From positions 1-64,000 of the forward strand of contig MU619299.1 in the NCBI GenBank assembly GCA_025201805.1: 64,000 nucleotides of DNA, written 5' to 3'. Position 1 is the stretch's first letter, and every line of letters starts with the position of its first letter. A program made the position numbers and the translations under genes. This document shows, one piece after another, positions 14,061 to 26,367 of this stretch. Under the pieces are notes generated by a model. That model saw only the letters and a program-made list of their open reading frames with translations, made no database searches and had not been told where the DNA came from. Source of the DNA: Parasitella parasitica NRRL 2501. Lineage: Eukaryota > Fungi > Mucoromycota.

Positions 14061-14744
14061 GTTTTATTCTGTATATTACTTGATTCTATTCCTAGGTCGG
14101 GTGTGGGTGCTGTGCTTTTTACGGGTTATACAAAGAGCGAGGGAAAGAAAAAGAAACAAATCACTACATGTTAGAACGGGCGTAGTCTATATAAAAGCAA
14201 ACGAGAAAAAAAAAAAAACGACTGCTTTTGACGATGCTTCTACAGTGCATTTGAACTTTATCTGTGAGCCATTAGTAATGCTATGCAGCGCCAGAGACTT
14301 AGTAGATGATGACTAAAAAAAAAACGGCTTGCATGGAAGCTCATTGACGACTGCTGGAGAGTATTCCATGGTCGTCAAAAAAAAAAAAAAAAAAAAGTTG
14401 GCCCCACACCCACTTTCTGATTTAAGGATAAATTAAATTTTACCTTGATCGGTTCAGTGGATGTAAATGGCAAATGTACCAGTGGATGTAGATACAGTAC
14501 TAGTTGCTGCTGAAGCCTCGCTCGATTGGCTCGGAAATGTACGAGTCTCTCTCCAAAGAATAGCTTGGTTGCATGACTGGATTTCACATGCTTGCCTGAT
14601 GGTTTATTTCACACACGTTTAAATACTGTAATTCGTTTTTTAAATAGCCGATTTGCATACCCACTTCTCTCACTACATTTCGTGAAAGGACCATCTCTTC
14701 TTTTTGCTCCACATTTTCACTTTTTCTTTCTCGTTATTTCAAAG

Positions 14745-16102
14745 ATGGCTCTACGTCAAGCTTTCATTGTTTCTGCCAAAAGGTATAGTAGCCAATTGTG
14801 TTGGCTGTAAGTGCACCATGCTAAACTGCAATCACATTAAACAGAACTCCCTTTGGTGCCTTTGGGGGTAAATTCAAGAACCTCACAGGTAAGTGCACAA
14901 AAGAGCTTACTGCTGACAAATCACTGAACCTTGAACAGCCTCCGAGCTGGGCGGTTTAGCTGCCAAGGCTGCCATCGCTGATCTCCCTCAAAACGTCCCT
15001 ATTGACTCTGTGATTTTTGGTAATGTCCTCCAAACAGATGTTGCGGGTGCCTACGTTGCACGTCATATCGGCCATCGCGCCGGTTTGCCTGTTACTGTCC
15101 CTGCCTTAACCGTGAATCGTCTCTGTGGTTCTGGTCTTCAAAGCGTAGTTAATGCAGCTCAAGAAATCGTGTTGGGCGAGAGTGAAATTGTATTGGCTGG
15201 TGGCACTGAGAATATGTCATTAGCCCCTTTCACTTTATCAGGCTCTTCTCGCTGGGGTCTCAAGCTTGGCCAAGATCCTGCGCTCCAAGATACGCTTTGG
15301 ACAGCCTTGACTGATCAATACCCTACTCCAACTCCTATGGGCATCACTGCCGAAAATTTAGCCGACAAATATAAAATTACAAAGCAAGAATGCGATGAGT
15401 ATGCTTTGTCAAGTCAAAATCGCTACGAAAAAGGTATGTAAGGATTTCCCGAGAAGCTGAATGGGGGTCATTGACGACAAGATGGTAGCTGCCAAGGCTG
15501 GTATTTATAAAGACGAAATTGCGCCTGTCGAGATCAAGGGCCGCAAAGGTCCTGAGATGGTCAGTGAAGATGAGCACCCTCGCGCCGGCTTACAAATAGA
15601 AAACTTGACCAAATTGAAGCCTGTCTTCAAGAAGGATGGTGTGGTGTCTGCTGCCAATGCCTCTGGAATCAACGACGGCGCTGCTGCTTTAATCGTTGCT
15701 AGTGAGGATGCGGTGAAAAAGTACGGCCTGACACCTTTGGCTCGTATTCTTAGCTGGCAAGCATCCGCTGTCGAGCCCACTTTGATGGGCTTGGGTCCTG
15801 TTCCTTCTATTCAGGGCGCATTGAAAAGAGCTAACCTCGAGCTCAAGCAAATGGGTTTGGTTGAAGTCAATGAAGCCTTTGCTGCTCAATACTTGGCCTG
15901 CGAAAAGGAGCTCGGATTAGAGAGGGAGATCACCAATGTCAATGGCGGCGCTATTGCTGTTGGTCACCCCTTGGGTGCTTCTGGCGCTCGTATTTTGACT
16001 CATTTATCGCATGCTCTTCAACGTACCAATGAAAAATATGCTGTTGGTTCTGCCTGTATTGGTGGCGGTCAAGGTGTTGCTGTCATTTTGGAAAGAGTAT
16101 AG
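14745..16102 (+). CDS. 3-ketoacyl-CoA thiolase (ACAA2-like)
   Basis: NRLCGSG, NASGINDGAAA, VNEAFA, GHPLGASG and CIGGGQG thiolase motifs. Confidence 0.95.
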
Positions 16103-16340
16103 ATTTGGATGAAATAGGAAATGACGAAAAATAAAATAAAAGTGTGCTGCTTGTATTTGCAGAATGGGAATGATGCGTTTATGTTTCTACCGTTTCGTTC
16201 CGAGAATTATCAAATCTGGGTCCGTCGATACATGCACTACAATAATTGCCTCACATTCAGATCAAAAAAAAAAAAAAAAATTCAAATGCTACCCCCCTGA
16301 GTTGCATTAAAATGCCGCTCTATGCATCGTTCAACTTTAT

Positions 16341-17240
16341 TCATACCAAAACAAATTCAATGGTCCAGGTTCTACGACACCATAGCTTACACGTCTGAAT
16401 ATTCTCTTTGTCTTTTCCACTAACCGGAAAAGTAGCTCTACTCCACCAGCATCTGGCCTGTGTTTTCAAAATCATAAGCAGGCTTTACATAGTTTGTAAA
16501 TAGCATTAAATACATACAAATGGGTTACTACGGAACATCATCAGTTTTTGCCCAACTTGCAATCTATCATCGTATTCAATGCTTGCAAAAGCTATGCTAT
16601 GAATAGAAGACACGTTTGGCTCTTGTGAACGAACCTGCCATTTGTCTTCCAAGCTAAAGCCAGCTAAACGTAGGATGTCTACAAAATCAGCTGGCTGGCT
16701 AACATTAAAGATCGAATCCTGATCTAACAGTAATTTTAGGCTTGTTTGTTTTACTGACGATGAGTTTTCACAAATTACAAAATAAACCAGCTCTTCGAGC
16801 AGGACCATGATGCCTTGCCTTGTTAATAGCGGGCTTAACGGAGTGCCTGTTACGACGGCATGAGCCAAGTAAGCGTCTTCATTGAATTGACTGTGTCTCG
16901 CAAGGAACTTGGACTTGTGGGATTTATAGTAGTCCAAAATATGAGCAAGCATTTTGGGATCGAAATCTGAGCAATATTCCTTGACATCTTCCAGAAGACC
17001 TTGGGGAAACAGAATCCGCAACACTGTTTCTGGCACAGTGCGCTTTTGTAATAGAGTAGATGTTCATGTCAAGCTTACTTTTATGCGCATGTACAGTATA
17101 CGTACTAGAGTGTTTTTATCCAGATCAATACGAGTTCCTCGTAGATTCAAGCGCAATACTTCTGGCAAATGCACTGCACGATCCTGCTGCTTGACTAGCT
17201 TTGTGTTCTTCTTCTTAACTTGGGTTATGATGGTTGACAT
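16341..17240 (-). CDS. WHI2: Whi2-like BTB-fold protein
   Basis: LRLNLRGTRI..., PETVLRILFPQG, and last exon ARCWW...KLWCRRTWTIEF resemble Whi2 conserved blocks. Confidence 0.75.
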
Positions 17241-17243
17241 TAC

Positions 17244-17276
<33 letters not shown>

Positions 17277-17329
17277 AAAAGATATGATTAAAGACACAGC
17301 AGCGGTTTTTGTTTGTTTATTTATTTGGA

Positions 17330-18666
17330 TCAAGCAGAAGCAGATTTTTGCATGGAAGAAGTGCGACGACGTTCAATCTTTTGTTGCTTGGATTCCTTGA
17401 CACGCTTGGCAAGCAATTGTTTGTATTCGGCTTCAGCTTCTTTAGAAGCCTCAGCTCTTCTGCGCTTAAGAGCTTGTCTATGTCTCTTACGTTGAAGAGT
17501 GAGGGGAGTAACGAGACGTTGGATCTTGGGTGCCTTGGTGTAAGCCTTCTTGCCTTCGGCCTTGGGTTGAACCTCACGACGAATAACATACTTACGGACA
17601 TCGTCTTCCTTGGTCAAGTTCTACTTGCAAATGGAATGTTAATGTCTAAACCAATCTAACATACACACACACACACACACANNNNNNNNNNNNNNNNNNN
17701 NNNNNNNNNNNNNNNNNNNNNNNNNNNNNNNNNNNNNNNNNNNNNNNNNNNNNNNNNNNNNNNNNNNNNNNNNNNNNNNNNNNNNNNNNNNNNNNNNNNN
17801 NNNNNNAAAAAAAAAAAAAAAAAACCTACAAAAAACTTTCTGATCTTGGAAGCACGCTTGGGGCCAAGACGCTTGGGAACAGTGGTATCGGTCAAACCAG
17901 GAATTTCTTGCTCGCCTTGCTTGACAACAACAAGAGACAAAACAGAGAGATCAGAGCCGACAATACAACCACGAACCGACTTTCTTTTACGCTCACCAGT
18001 ACGGCGAGGACGGTAACAAGAGTGGCCCTTGGACATCAAGAGGCGAACACGGTGAGGCAAAAGAACACCTTGCTTCATAGGGAAACCTTGCTTATCGTTA
18101 CCACCAGAGATGCGGAAAACGTAGCCCTTGAATTCATCGCCGAGAGAATCGCCAGAGACTTCTTGGGCCATGCGCTTGTCGTAAAAGCCACGGCTATGCG
18201 AATGTTAGTTTTGCTAGTTCAACATCTTGGTTCCTATCAAGCACTTACACACGACGCTCATCTTCGATTTCAATTAATTTTTGACAGCCGGTGGCTGGGT
18301 TCGCAATATTGAGCTATTATGTAGAATTTTGTGTGTATTAGAATCATATTTTCGAGTACTGTCGATAGAATGTTATTTAGAGAGAACTACGCTTGCTAAT
18401 TCAGTTGTAGCGAGCTGCAATTGTAGACTGAGAAATGGCGCTTTTAGTGATCAAGAGAATGTTGAGTATACGGAGAACTGTGGTCTACATGATAGTTTTT
18501 TTTTTTTTTTTTTTCCTCTTTTGTAATGCTCCCGTTTAGATATCCATCCATCTATCCATCCATCCATTATCCTCCATTATATCTATCTGATCCATTTATG
18601 GTCGTCCGTCATATTTCTCTCTAAATAACGCATCTATCTTGATTTTCATGCGATTCTTACCTTCAT
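17330..18666 (-). CDS. RPS6: 40S ribosomal protein S6 (eS6)
   Basis: MK|[56 protein letters not shown] phospho-tail; 6-nt first exon and 347-nt first intron. Confidence 0.97.
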
Positions 18667-19164
18667 GGTAGTAGCTGTAGGATCGAACCTAAGTATGAAA
18701 GAGGAAGATTTTATTGTTTTGGCTGCCGGTGCATCTCTATAGTGGCGGCAATTTCTGGACCTGTGATTTGAATTCCAGTCCACACTGCCATTTTGTACAA
18801 GTTCTGCCAAACAGCATTCGAAGCAAACATTGACTCGCAAGGGCAGTTGATCGTTGCTATGGAAACAGATATAGTTTAATTACAATTTTATTTGCTAATA
18901 ATTTTAGTATACAGCCTTAAAAAATAAGCACATCCTGTTTTAAAATCTCTCAATCTTTACATCATTGCTGAATTGCCTATAAAATAAAATTCTAATCTAT
19001 AGCTCACATGTCATTAATTAAGCTAAACAATTTTTATAGCTCTTATATAGCTCCAAGGAGGCGTGAAAATCCTTCAAAGTAGAAAATGAATTTTATTTTT
19101 TATTTATATCACAACCATATAGACCACAGAATTACATCATCCTACCTGCCTTAAAGTACGCTGT

Positions 19165-19199
<35 letters not shown>

Positions 19200-19238
19200 T
19201 GCCAATTTTGCACTTTGCTATTGCAACTAGTTTACAAA

Positions 19239-19907
19239 ATGAGCTCACAACATTTCATACCCCCAGTGGTAAATAGACAAAAAAAAAATACCTTGAATAA
19301 CATCTTTTTGACTTTTTGTGAGAAATAAAGAATTTTGGTATGATAGAAGAAGACTTGTATCGTTCAGGACAACCAAACGAGCTCAATTTCCCATTCCTGG
19401 AAAAGTTAGGGTTGAAAACAATTGCTTGGTTAGCGCCAGAAGAACCCAATCAAAGATTGTATGTAAAGATCTATTAGTACAAACAGAAAGACTAAATCAT
19501 GTCACCAGCTTGGACTTTATAGATGACCAAGAGATACAACTGCATCATTTAGGCGTTGTTTCCTCTGTTAATGCGTGGGATCCTATCACAGAAGAAGCAG
19601 TTCTACAAGCACTGGAATTAATATTAAATCCTTCAAACTATCCGATGATGATCATGTGTAATTTAGGGCGACATAGAACAGGTATTATCGAACTGTGCAT
19701 TTGGAAGGACTTTGTTTTTGATGGAAAAAATTAGGCACAATCGTTGGATGCATGCGGAAGCTACAGCGCTGGAATCTGACATCTATATTCGAAGAATACA
19801 GAAGATACGCTGGGCCAAAAGTCAGGCTACTAAATGAACAATTTATTGAATTATTTGATACAGATCTTGTAGCGATCCCTGCTAATAAACCAAAATGGGG
19901 GGTTTAA
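19239..19907 (+). CDS. OCA1: Siw14/OCA-family atypical dual-specificity phosphatase (OCA1-like)
   Basis: IPPV|[17 protein letters not shown]5R motif [28 protein letters not shown]. Confidence 0.85.
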
Positions 19908-19921
19908 CACATGTGTTTATT

Positions 19922-21591
19922 TCATAAATAATGGCTGTCTGGATTTTTGCGAGTAAAAACAAGAGGGTCTTCACAATTAGTAGCAAAAGCACCTGCAATT
20001 GCTGCAACAGGGTAAGGCTTGTTTCCACTGACCGTATCGATGTCAAAATGCTTCAAAAGATAAATAAGGGACATTTCAATCTCTTGAACAGCAAAGAAAC
20101 GACCGGGGCACATGTGCTTGCCCATACCAAAACTAGCAAAGTCTTTGGCTGGAGAAGTGCTGGCCTTGTTTAATGATTTAGCAGGGTCCATCTCGGCAAC
20201 AGTAGACCGAGTGACATTATCGCCAAAGTTCAATTGACGAAGAGTCGTGTTGACAGAACGCCCCTTTGGCACTTGGTAGCCGTTTTTAAACGTGTAGTCA
20301 TTGAGAGCCTTTTTACCATTTGCCAGTTTATCAACGCCTTGACGAAGCACCTCACGCATGAAATTATTCAAAAACTGCATCTTGTGCAAAGCCTCGTGAG
20401 TTACATGTGTGTTTCCAGGAGCAAAATGCTCAATTTCTTCCAGCAGTGTTGCTTTCAGATCAGGGCGTGCAATCAGCCAGTAGATGGCAAAGCTCAAATT
20501 CATGGATGTGGTATGCACAGAGGCGAAAGCGACAAGCAATACAGCGTGAGCAATCTCTTTTTCTGTGTACGGTTTGCTTGGATCATCCGTGTTTTCGAAT
20601 TCCATTAAGCCTTGTAAGAAATTATACTCCAAGCCGTGCTCTACACCGGCTTCCTGAGCTTGCTTCATCTTTTCTCTTCTTGCTTGAATAACAGGCGCAA
20701 CATATTTCTCCATTACTTGATGATGTTTACTGGCAGATTGCAAGTACTTGGCGAGGTAAGGATGCAGAAACTTGGGTAGCATCATAAAGATACCAACATT
20801 CTTGGTGATGTCTCCGGTAAATTCAGCAAAAGACCTGATCACCTCCACATTGGTGGCCATTTCCTCGCCTAGCAACGTAGGAACACTCATGTAAGCAACA
20901 AAGTTCTGGAAAAATGGGCTAGGTGTTTCTACAACAGTGGCCCCGTCCTCATTGAATAAAGCTTCTACGCCTCTTTCAAGGCCCACTTGGATGCCATGAA
21001 TATACATGGGCATCTTGCTGCTAGCAACGGTTGCCTTGGCCACAATCGGATTGGCTTTGATACCTATGGCCATGGTATGATGATCGAATACATAATCAAG
21101 ATGCAGTAAATCTAACAGAAAAATGTCAGGATACTCGCTATGGACGAGCTTTCCCCAACGTAAAACATACCTTTAACTATGCCTTCTTCTAGCGACAAAT
21201 CAGATTGATCGGCCTTCAATGCCTCTTCCGCACATTTACCGCTAGCTACAGTAACTTGCTTACCAAGGAAATTAAGGTTATACAGTTCCCCGTAATTTTT
21301 GTTACACCAGTCAATGAATTTGTTGGACATTGTCATCATGTACAAGGTGTGGCCCACTAAGGGCAGGCTGAGCGGCACTGTGGGAGGAAGATTCAATCTT
21401 TGACGCCTTGTTTTAATATAAGATACAAGGTTGTATGCAGTTAATAATGTAGCAGCACCCAGAAATGCAAGCTCATTTCTTGTGGAACGCTTATAGAAAT
21501 CAACCCATTGATGAGAGACGGGTGCTTGTAGAATCAATTGAATAGCATGCTGAATGGGTGCTGCTCTCGTCAATGTGTTCAAGTAATCCAT
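19922..21591 (-). CDS. Cytochrome P450, 2 exons
   Basis: N-terminal TM anchor and Pro-rich hinge, I-helix AFASVHTT, EVLR (ExxR), heme motif FGMGKHMCPG. Confidence 0.95.
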
Positions 21592-21801
21592 GTTTCTGGG
21601 CGGGAGTGAGGTAAGGGGCCAAGGTTCACAATAAGGGAATCAAATGGAACTGTGAGGTAAACTTTGAGCTTCTTATATATATTTATCTCGACAAGGACAA
21701 GTTGACAGAATTACCATCTGCAAAAGACTCCGGATATTATAGCTTGGATTTTTTTTGACGGAATGATATGGCCGAGCCTATGACATTTACATTTCACTTT
21801 A

Positions 21802-23296
21802 TTGTATTTTCAAATCAAAACTTATTGGGGGGGGGGGTACCTACAAAATCTGAAAATGAATCTCACAACAAAAATGACCTTCAACAAACTTACTTGAAAT
21901 GATGTAAAGGATTAAAATAAAAAAGCATCATGCTATACATATTTCCGGGCTATTGCATATATCTTAATATACTTTGTTCTTCGCTTAGCATATATATATA
22001 TACCATTTAGTTTTTAGGAATTATAAAATCATCTCTTTATATATAATCTACCATGCCCAAAAACCTTCAACGCACTATCACACATACAACTGTGGAAACT
22101 CGAGAGAAAATCTGCTTTGACCATTTTATGGGTTTCATGCCAGTAAAAAAAAGTCTGACAAAAATATCGAATAGCTGACAAAATAGCCAGAGATATCCAT
22201 GATCAATTTCGTAAAACTGACTCTGTTGAATACCGTCCTCGAGGAGACCCACGAAATGTAAAGATTCAGCAAATCCGCTCTGAATTTTTAAGAAATATAA
22301 TTGACGAAGAAGGTGAGGGAAATATTTTGACATTAGAGCGACTGCAGCAAAGACTTATTGTCGAGTTCCCAGAAGAATTTCCTTTAAAAAATGCAATTGG
22401 GATTGCTACAATCCAAAAGCATATAACTCTCAGAAGCTGTGCCTGACTCTCAAAAGAACATCCCCAGTGGAATAAATACAAATAACTGAAAGAATAGCAA
22501 GAGAGCGAAAAGATTACTGCATTGGTCTTTCGCTCAAGGGTATTAATTACATGACAAATTGTATTTTTGTTGATGAAAGTGGATTTAATGCTTGTATGGT
22601 ACCTGGACATGCAAGATCAGCCAAAGGAAAGAAGGCCCATGTAATCAAAAAAGACGAAGAGAGGCAAGAATATTTCAATCATTGGTGCTATTTCAGCAAA
22701 ACGGGTTGAATCTTTTTACAAGCTGCTATGACAGATGGTTATACAAACGGGTTTATTTTTGCTGAATTTACCAAGCAGCTGTTGGAATGGGTTGATATGG
22801 AATACCCACATCAAGAATTCTATTTTATTATGGATAATTTAAAATTTCACAAGAGTCCTATTAGACAGAATCTTTTTAAACACTCAAAACATAGCCGCCA
22901 TTTCTTGCCGCCATATTCTCCTATGCTAAATCCTATGGAAACTAGCTTCAACGAATTGAAAAACTTTGTTAGAAGGGATCCAAAGAAAAACAAAGAGACT
23001 CTCTTGGAGCTCATTAAGGAAGTAGAGAAGAAAATAACTCCTCAAGACTGTGAAGGATGGGCCCATCATTGTGTCAATAATGTCAATAGATGTATTGCTG
23101 GAGAAGATCTCACGTTTGAAAATTAGTGTTATATTTTATTGAATAAAATGACTTTCTTTACCAAAGTTGTGATTCATAAGTACTGTCGGTTCGATAAGTA
23201 ATTTTTGTGAGATTGACTAGGTCAATTTTGTGAGTTTGATTAGATCATTTTTGTAGGTACCCCCAAATATTTTGTGAGTTTGATTTGAAAATACGA
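21802..23296 (+). mobile_element. Tc1/IS630-type DNA transposon, ~1.5 kb, decayed
   Basis: Imperfect TIRs (ttgtattttcaaatcaaa...gggtacctacaaaa / ttttgtaggtacccc...tttgatttgaaaatacga) flanked by TA at 21800-21801 and 23297-23298; internal transposase. Confidence 0.9.
22053..23126 (+). pseudogene. DD34E transposase pseudogene
   Basis: FVDESGFN (~22565); IMDN-x34-E spacing ending FLPPYSPMLNPME; stops and frameshifts upstream of 22728. Confidence 0.9.
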
Positions 23297-24665
23297 TACT
23301 ATCTATTTTACATGTTTAGCGTTAGAGTCACAAAAAGGGACTTTTGAACTGACATTAAGCATTTTTATAAGCGATAATGGTAAAGGGCTTTTCTGTCACT
23401 CGCAATTAGTAACCTATGAATTATTTACAAATAACAAGGGGTTATTACAGCAAAGCATTGTATCCATTAATTATCCTCTTCTGCTTCCAACTCGATGAGC
23501 CACACCTGTTTTATCATTTTATTATGAAGAAAGGTATAATTTAAAAATATTTACTTTATAAAGCTGTAGAATTGATATTGACGTGATATCACCTCCAGAA
23601 AAATATTTTTACAGCTTAAAAGCAAGAACTTTAGCTTCGTGAGCCATTTTTCGATTAATTTTCATAATCAAAAGTGCTCTGAAAACACGAAAAATAGTAT
23701 CCATTGGTAAAAATATATATTATATATGATTTTGGTGCGATTTGAGCATGATTTTTTTTTCGATGCAAAATGACAGATTTTTTCAATTTTTTCCTTGTAT
23801 CCACACATCTAAAATCATCAATTATGCATTATCCTCGATTTTGACCTCAAAAATGCAACTTTTTACTATATCATATATTGGAGGAAAATGATCATAAAAG
23901 GTCATTGCTTGATCTGAAAAGACTAGAAATGCGCTTTGATTAAGCAAAATGTTGATTTTTTCCTCTTAATCTGTTTTTGAGGTTTTTCGGCAGAATTCCT
24001 TTCATAAGCATACGGGAATTATGAAATGACACCAGCGTATAGAGCGTCCAAAAATACAGCTATTATCATAAAATGACAGCCGTGGTATGCATAGTATCGG
24101 AGGATGATATCTTGCCTCAAAGGAGTAATTTTGGTTTCGAATTGTCCAAATGGAGTTTCTGAAAGAATCTTTTCTTCCTGATTTTGGACGCATTTAATCT
24201 CCGCTGCCAGAGAAAAATGGTGCTTTTTTGAAGAAAGCATTAGCTTTGAGAAGACATAGCTTACCCAATTAAAAAGAAAAACAATCGAAGCCTATTTTAT
24301 ATAAATTTTGAGCTTCTTGGCTTTCTTATGGTAGTACTTGCATGTCTGTACCTGATTTGACGATATCACGCTCCGATTTTGAAAAATACTTTTCCGAAAA
24401 AAGTCAGAGATGTGGATACCTTCATCTGATTTCAACTTAAAAAGAATAAAATCTTGCTTTAAGCTATGCAAATATGTAATCGAAAAGGTGCCTTATAGTC
24501 GAATACATTACTTTGTATTACTTTTTTTGTGTTTGAGATTGCTAAACATTGTTTTCTTACAGTTTTTGTCTTTTTTCTGACAATAACACAGTGAAGCCCG
24601 CGTAGACCAAAAAAAAAAAAAAAAAAAATCAGACGCCTAAAATCTACGCTGGCTTTACAAAGACA
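23297..24665 (+). repeat. Dispersed ~1.35-kb non-coding repeat, copy A1
   Basis: Collinear with the reverse complement of 57836-59185, with near-identical core blocks (e.g. gaaaatgatcataaaaggtcattgcttgatctgaaaagactagaaatgcgc). Confidence 0.9.
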
Positions 24666-25134
24666 CACTTTTGAACCATTCTAATATTATGGAAAAGATA
24701 GCACAGGTTTGACTAGCTGTTCTACTGTGCAACTGGATATGCTGATCCCAGCTTGGTACTTGTCTGACAAGACCTTCTACACTAGAGGACTCCAGGTAAA
24801 CTGAAGGTATAAAGAAATGCCAGAGAAAAGGAAAGAGTTTGCCACCAGGATAATATACCCATTCATAAAAAATCATCTGTATAAAAATTTATAAAATTCC
24901 AAGCCCATTTAAATGAATCTTGCTGTTCGTTCCTGAATCCCTTTAAAGGTTGTAGATCCAAAGTCAACAGACATACTTACACCCAGAATCACAGTGATGT
25001 TTGTCAATAGGCAACCGTAACCTTTTTTTAAAGACTATTTTGAACTTTAAGGTAAGATGCAAATAGCTTATTTCACAACACATTCTCTTAATATTTTCAG
25101 TACGAATGAAACAAATTAAAGCAATTACTTTTTT

Positions 25135-25266
25135 TCTTTAAATATGGAATCCCTACTTAAATTCATTTTAGGGAGACATTTTTCTTCTCTCAGAAACTTC
25201 GTAGCATTTATCAGAGATAAAAGTTTTTTTTTTTTTAACCAGAAACCCTAATATATATTATCACAA
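25135..25266 (+). repeat. Diverged fragment of the repeat family that flanks XPB
   Basis: cctactt...gagacattt...ctctcagaaacttc...cagaaaccctaat aligns with 59875-59993. Confidence 0.75.
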
Positions 25267-25279
25267 TTGATGTTGATAC

Positions 25280-25380
25280 TAATAAACTCTCGAGGATATA
25301 AACCGCTACTTACGCCACTATATTCTCTTTTTTTTAAAATCCACATTGAGGAGTTTTGGTCTAAAATTGAGAAGAACATT
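25280..25380 (+). pseudogene. Tc1-like transposase C-terminal fragment
   Basis: RGYKPLLTPLYSLFF...IEEFWSKIEKNI is a degenerate form of the PPYSPFLNPIEEFWSK motif. Confidence 0.65.
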
Positions 25381-26367
25381 GGCTTAATTTTATGTCTCTT
25401 TTTAAATTATCTTTGTCTAAATAATTTTATGCAAGTCCAAATCGTCTCAAATTCAATCGAAACATCGCCCATCTGATATCATTAGCAAATTGTATTTTGA
25501 AAGAATACAGTTGCGTCTGCTGACGTTCTCTGTCTGGAGGTAGCAACGAGCTATTTCCAATTGTCCTTGTCTTTGAAGACTTTCAATACCTGCTCCGCTA
25601 AAGAGGGACAAAGATGAATTTATATGGGGGAAGCTACAAGCTACTGCATTAGCCAAAAACAAGCTTGATTCTCATCAGCAGCTTATTCGCATGCGGTTTT
25701 ATTTCGATAATTGCAGGTAAATTGGAAGCTCTGCGATACGTCTAAACAGATTGGCTTCATTATACCGTGAAATGGTAATGGCAAGACTCCAGTGAGAGAT
25801 TGGGATTTCACGTCGCTCAAAAAAAACAGATTCATCCACACCTTCGACAGAGCAGGCAAGTGATACGTCGATCAGTGGTGGCAATCATAAGCGAAAGGGG
25901 CAACTCTATCTCTATGGTAGCCTTTGCCGATCATGGCACCACTGGCTATCGTTATTTTTTTTGTGATCAATAGAGAAATATACTGTCCTACCTGCCCCTT
26001 CTATAAAATTGATTCGAATGCTTTGCAAGCAAGACGGGTTTCTTCCACTTTGCTATTTCTTATTTTGATAGCAGATTTCGTCTCGTTGTTTTCCTGTCCA
26101 CTCTGGAAGATAAATCTATCTGCAGCGCACGGTTGATAAGCGCTTGTTTCTAATAACCAATCTCATGCCAACTTATGCTCCAGCTTCCTCCGTGATGTAT
26201 ACGGTAGCCCTGTTGGCCACTGCGATGGCTCTGCTCATGGCGATAGCCGTCTGAAACCAAGCGAAATGACTGTTATATAATGCTTTCCATTTTTTTTTTT
26301 TTTTCTCCTTTCAAAATTGCTTTTTTCTATTCCAACATACAGTAGATATTGCACGTAAATAAATTAC

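Noticed and set aside
24670-25900. Coding-like stretches in the repeat island
   Set aside because: Apart from the Tc1 motif at ~25280-25380, no family could be supported.
26192-26254. Possible C/D snoRNA (GTGATGT...CTGA)
   Set aside because: Imperfect C box and only a short match to rRNA next to the D box.
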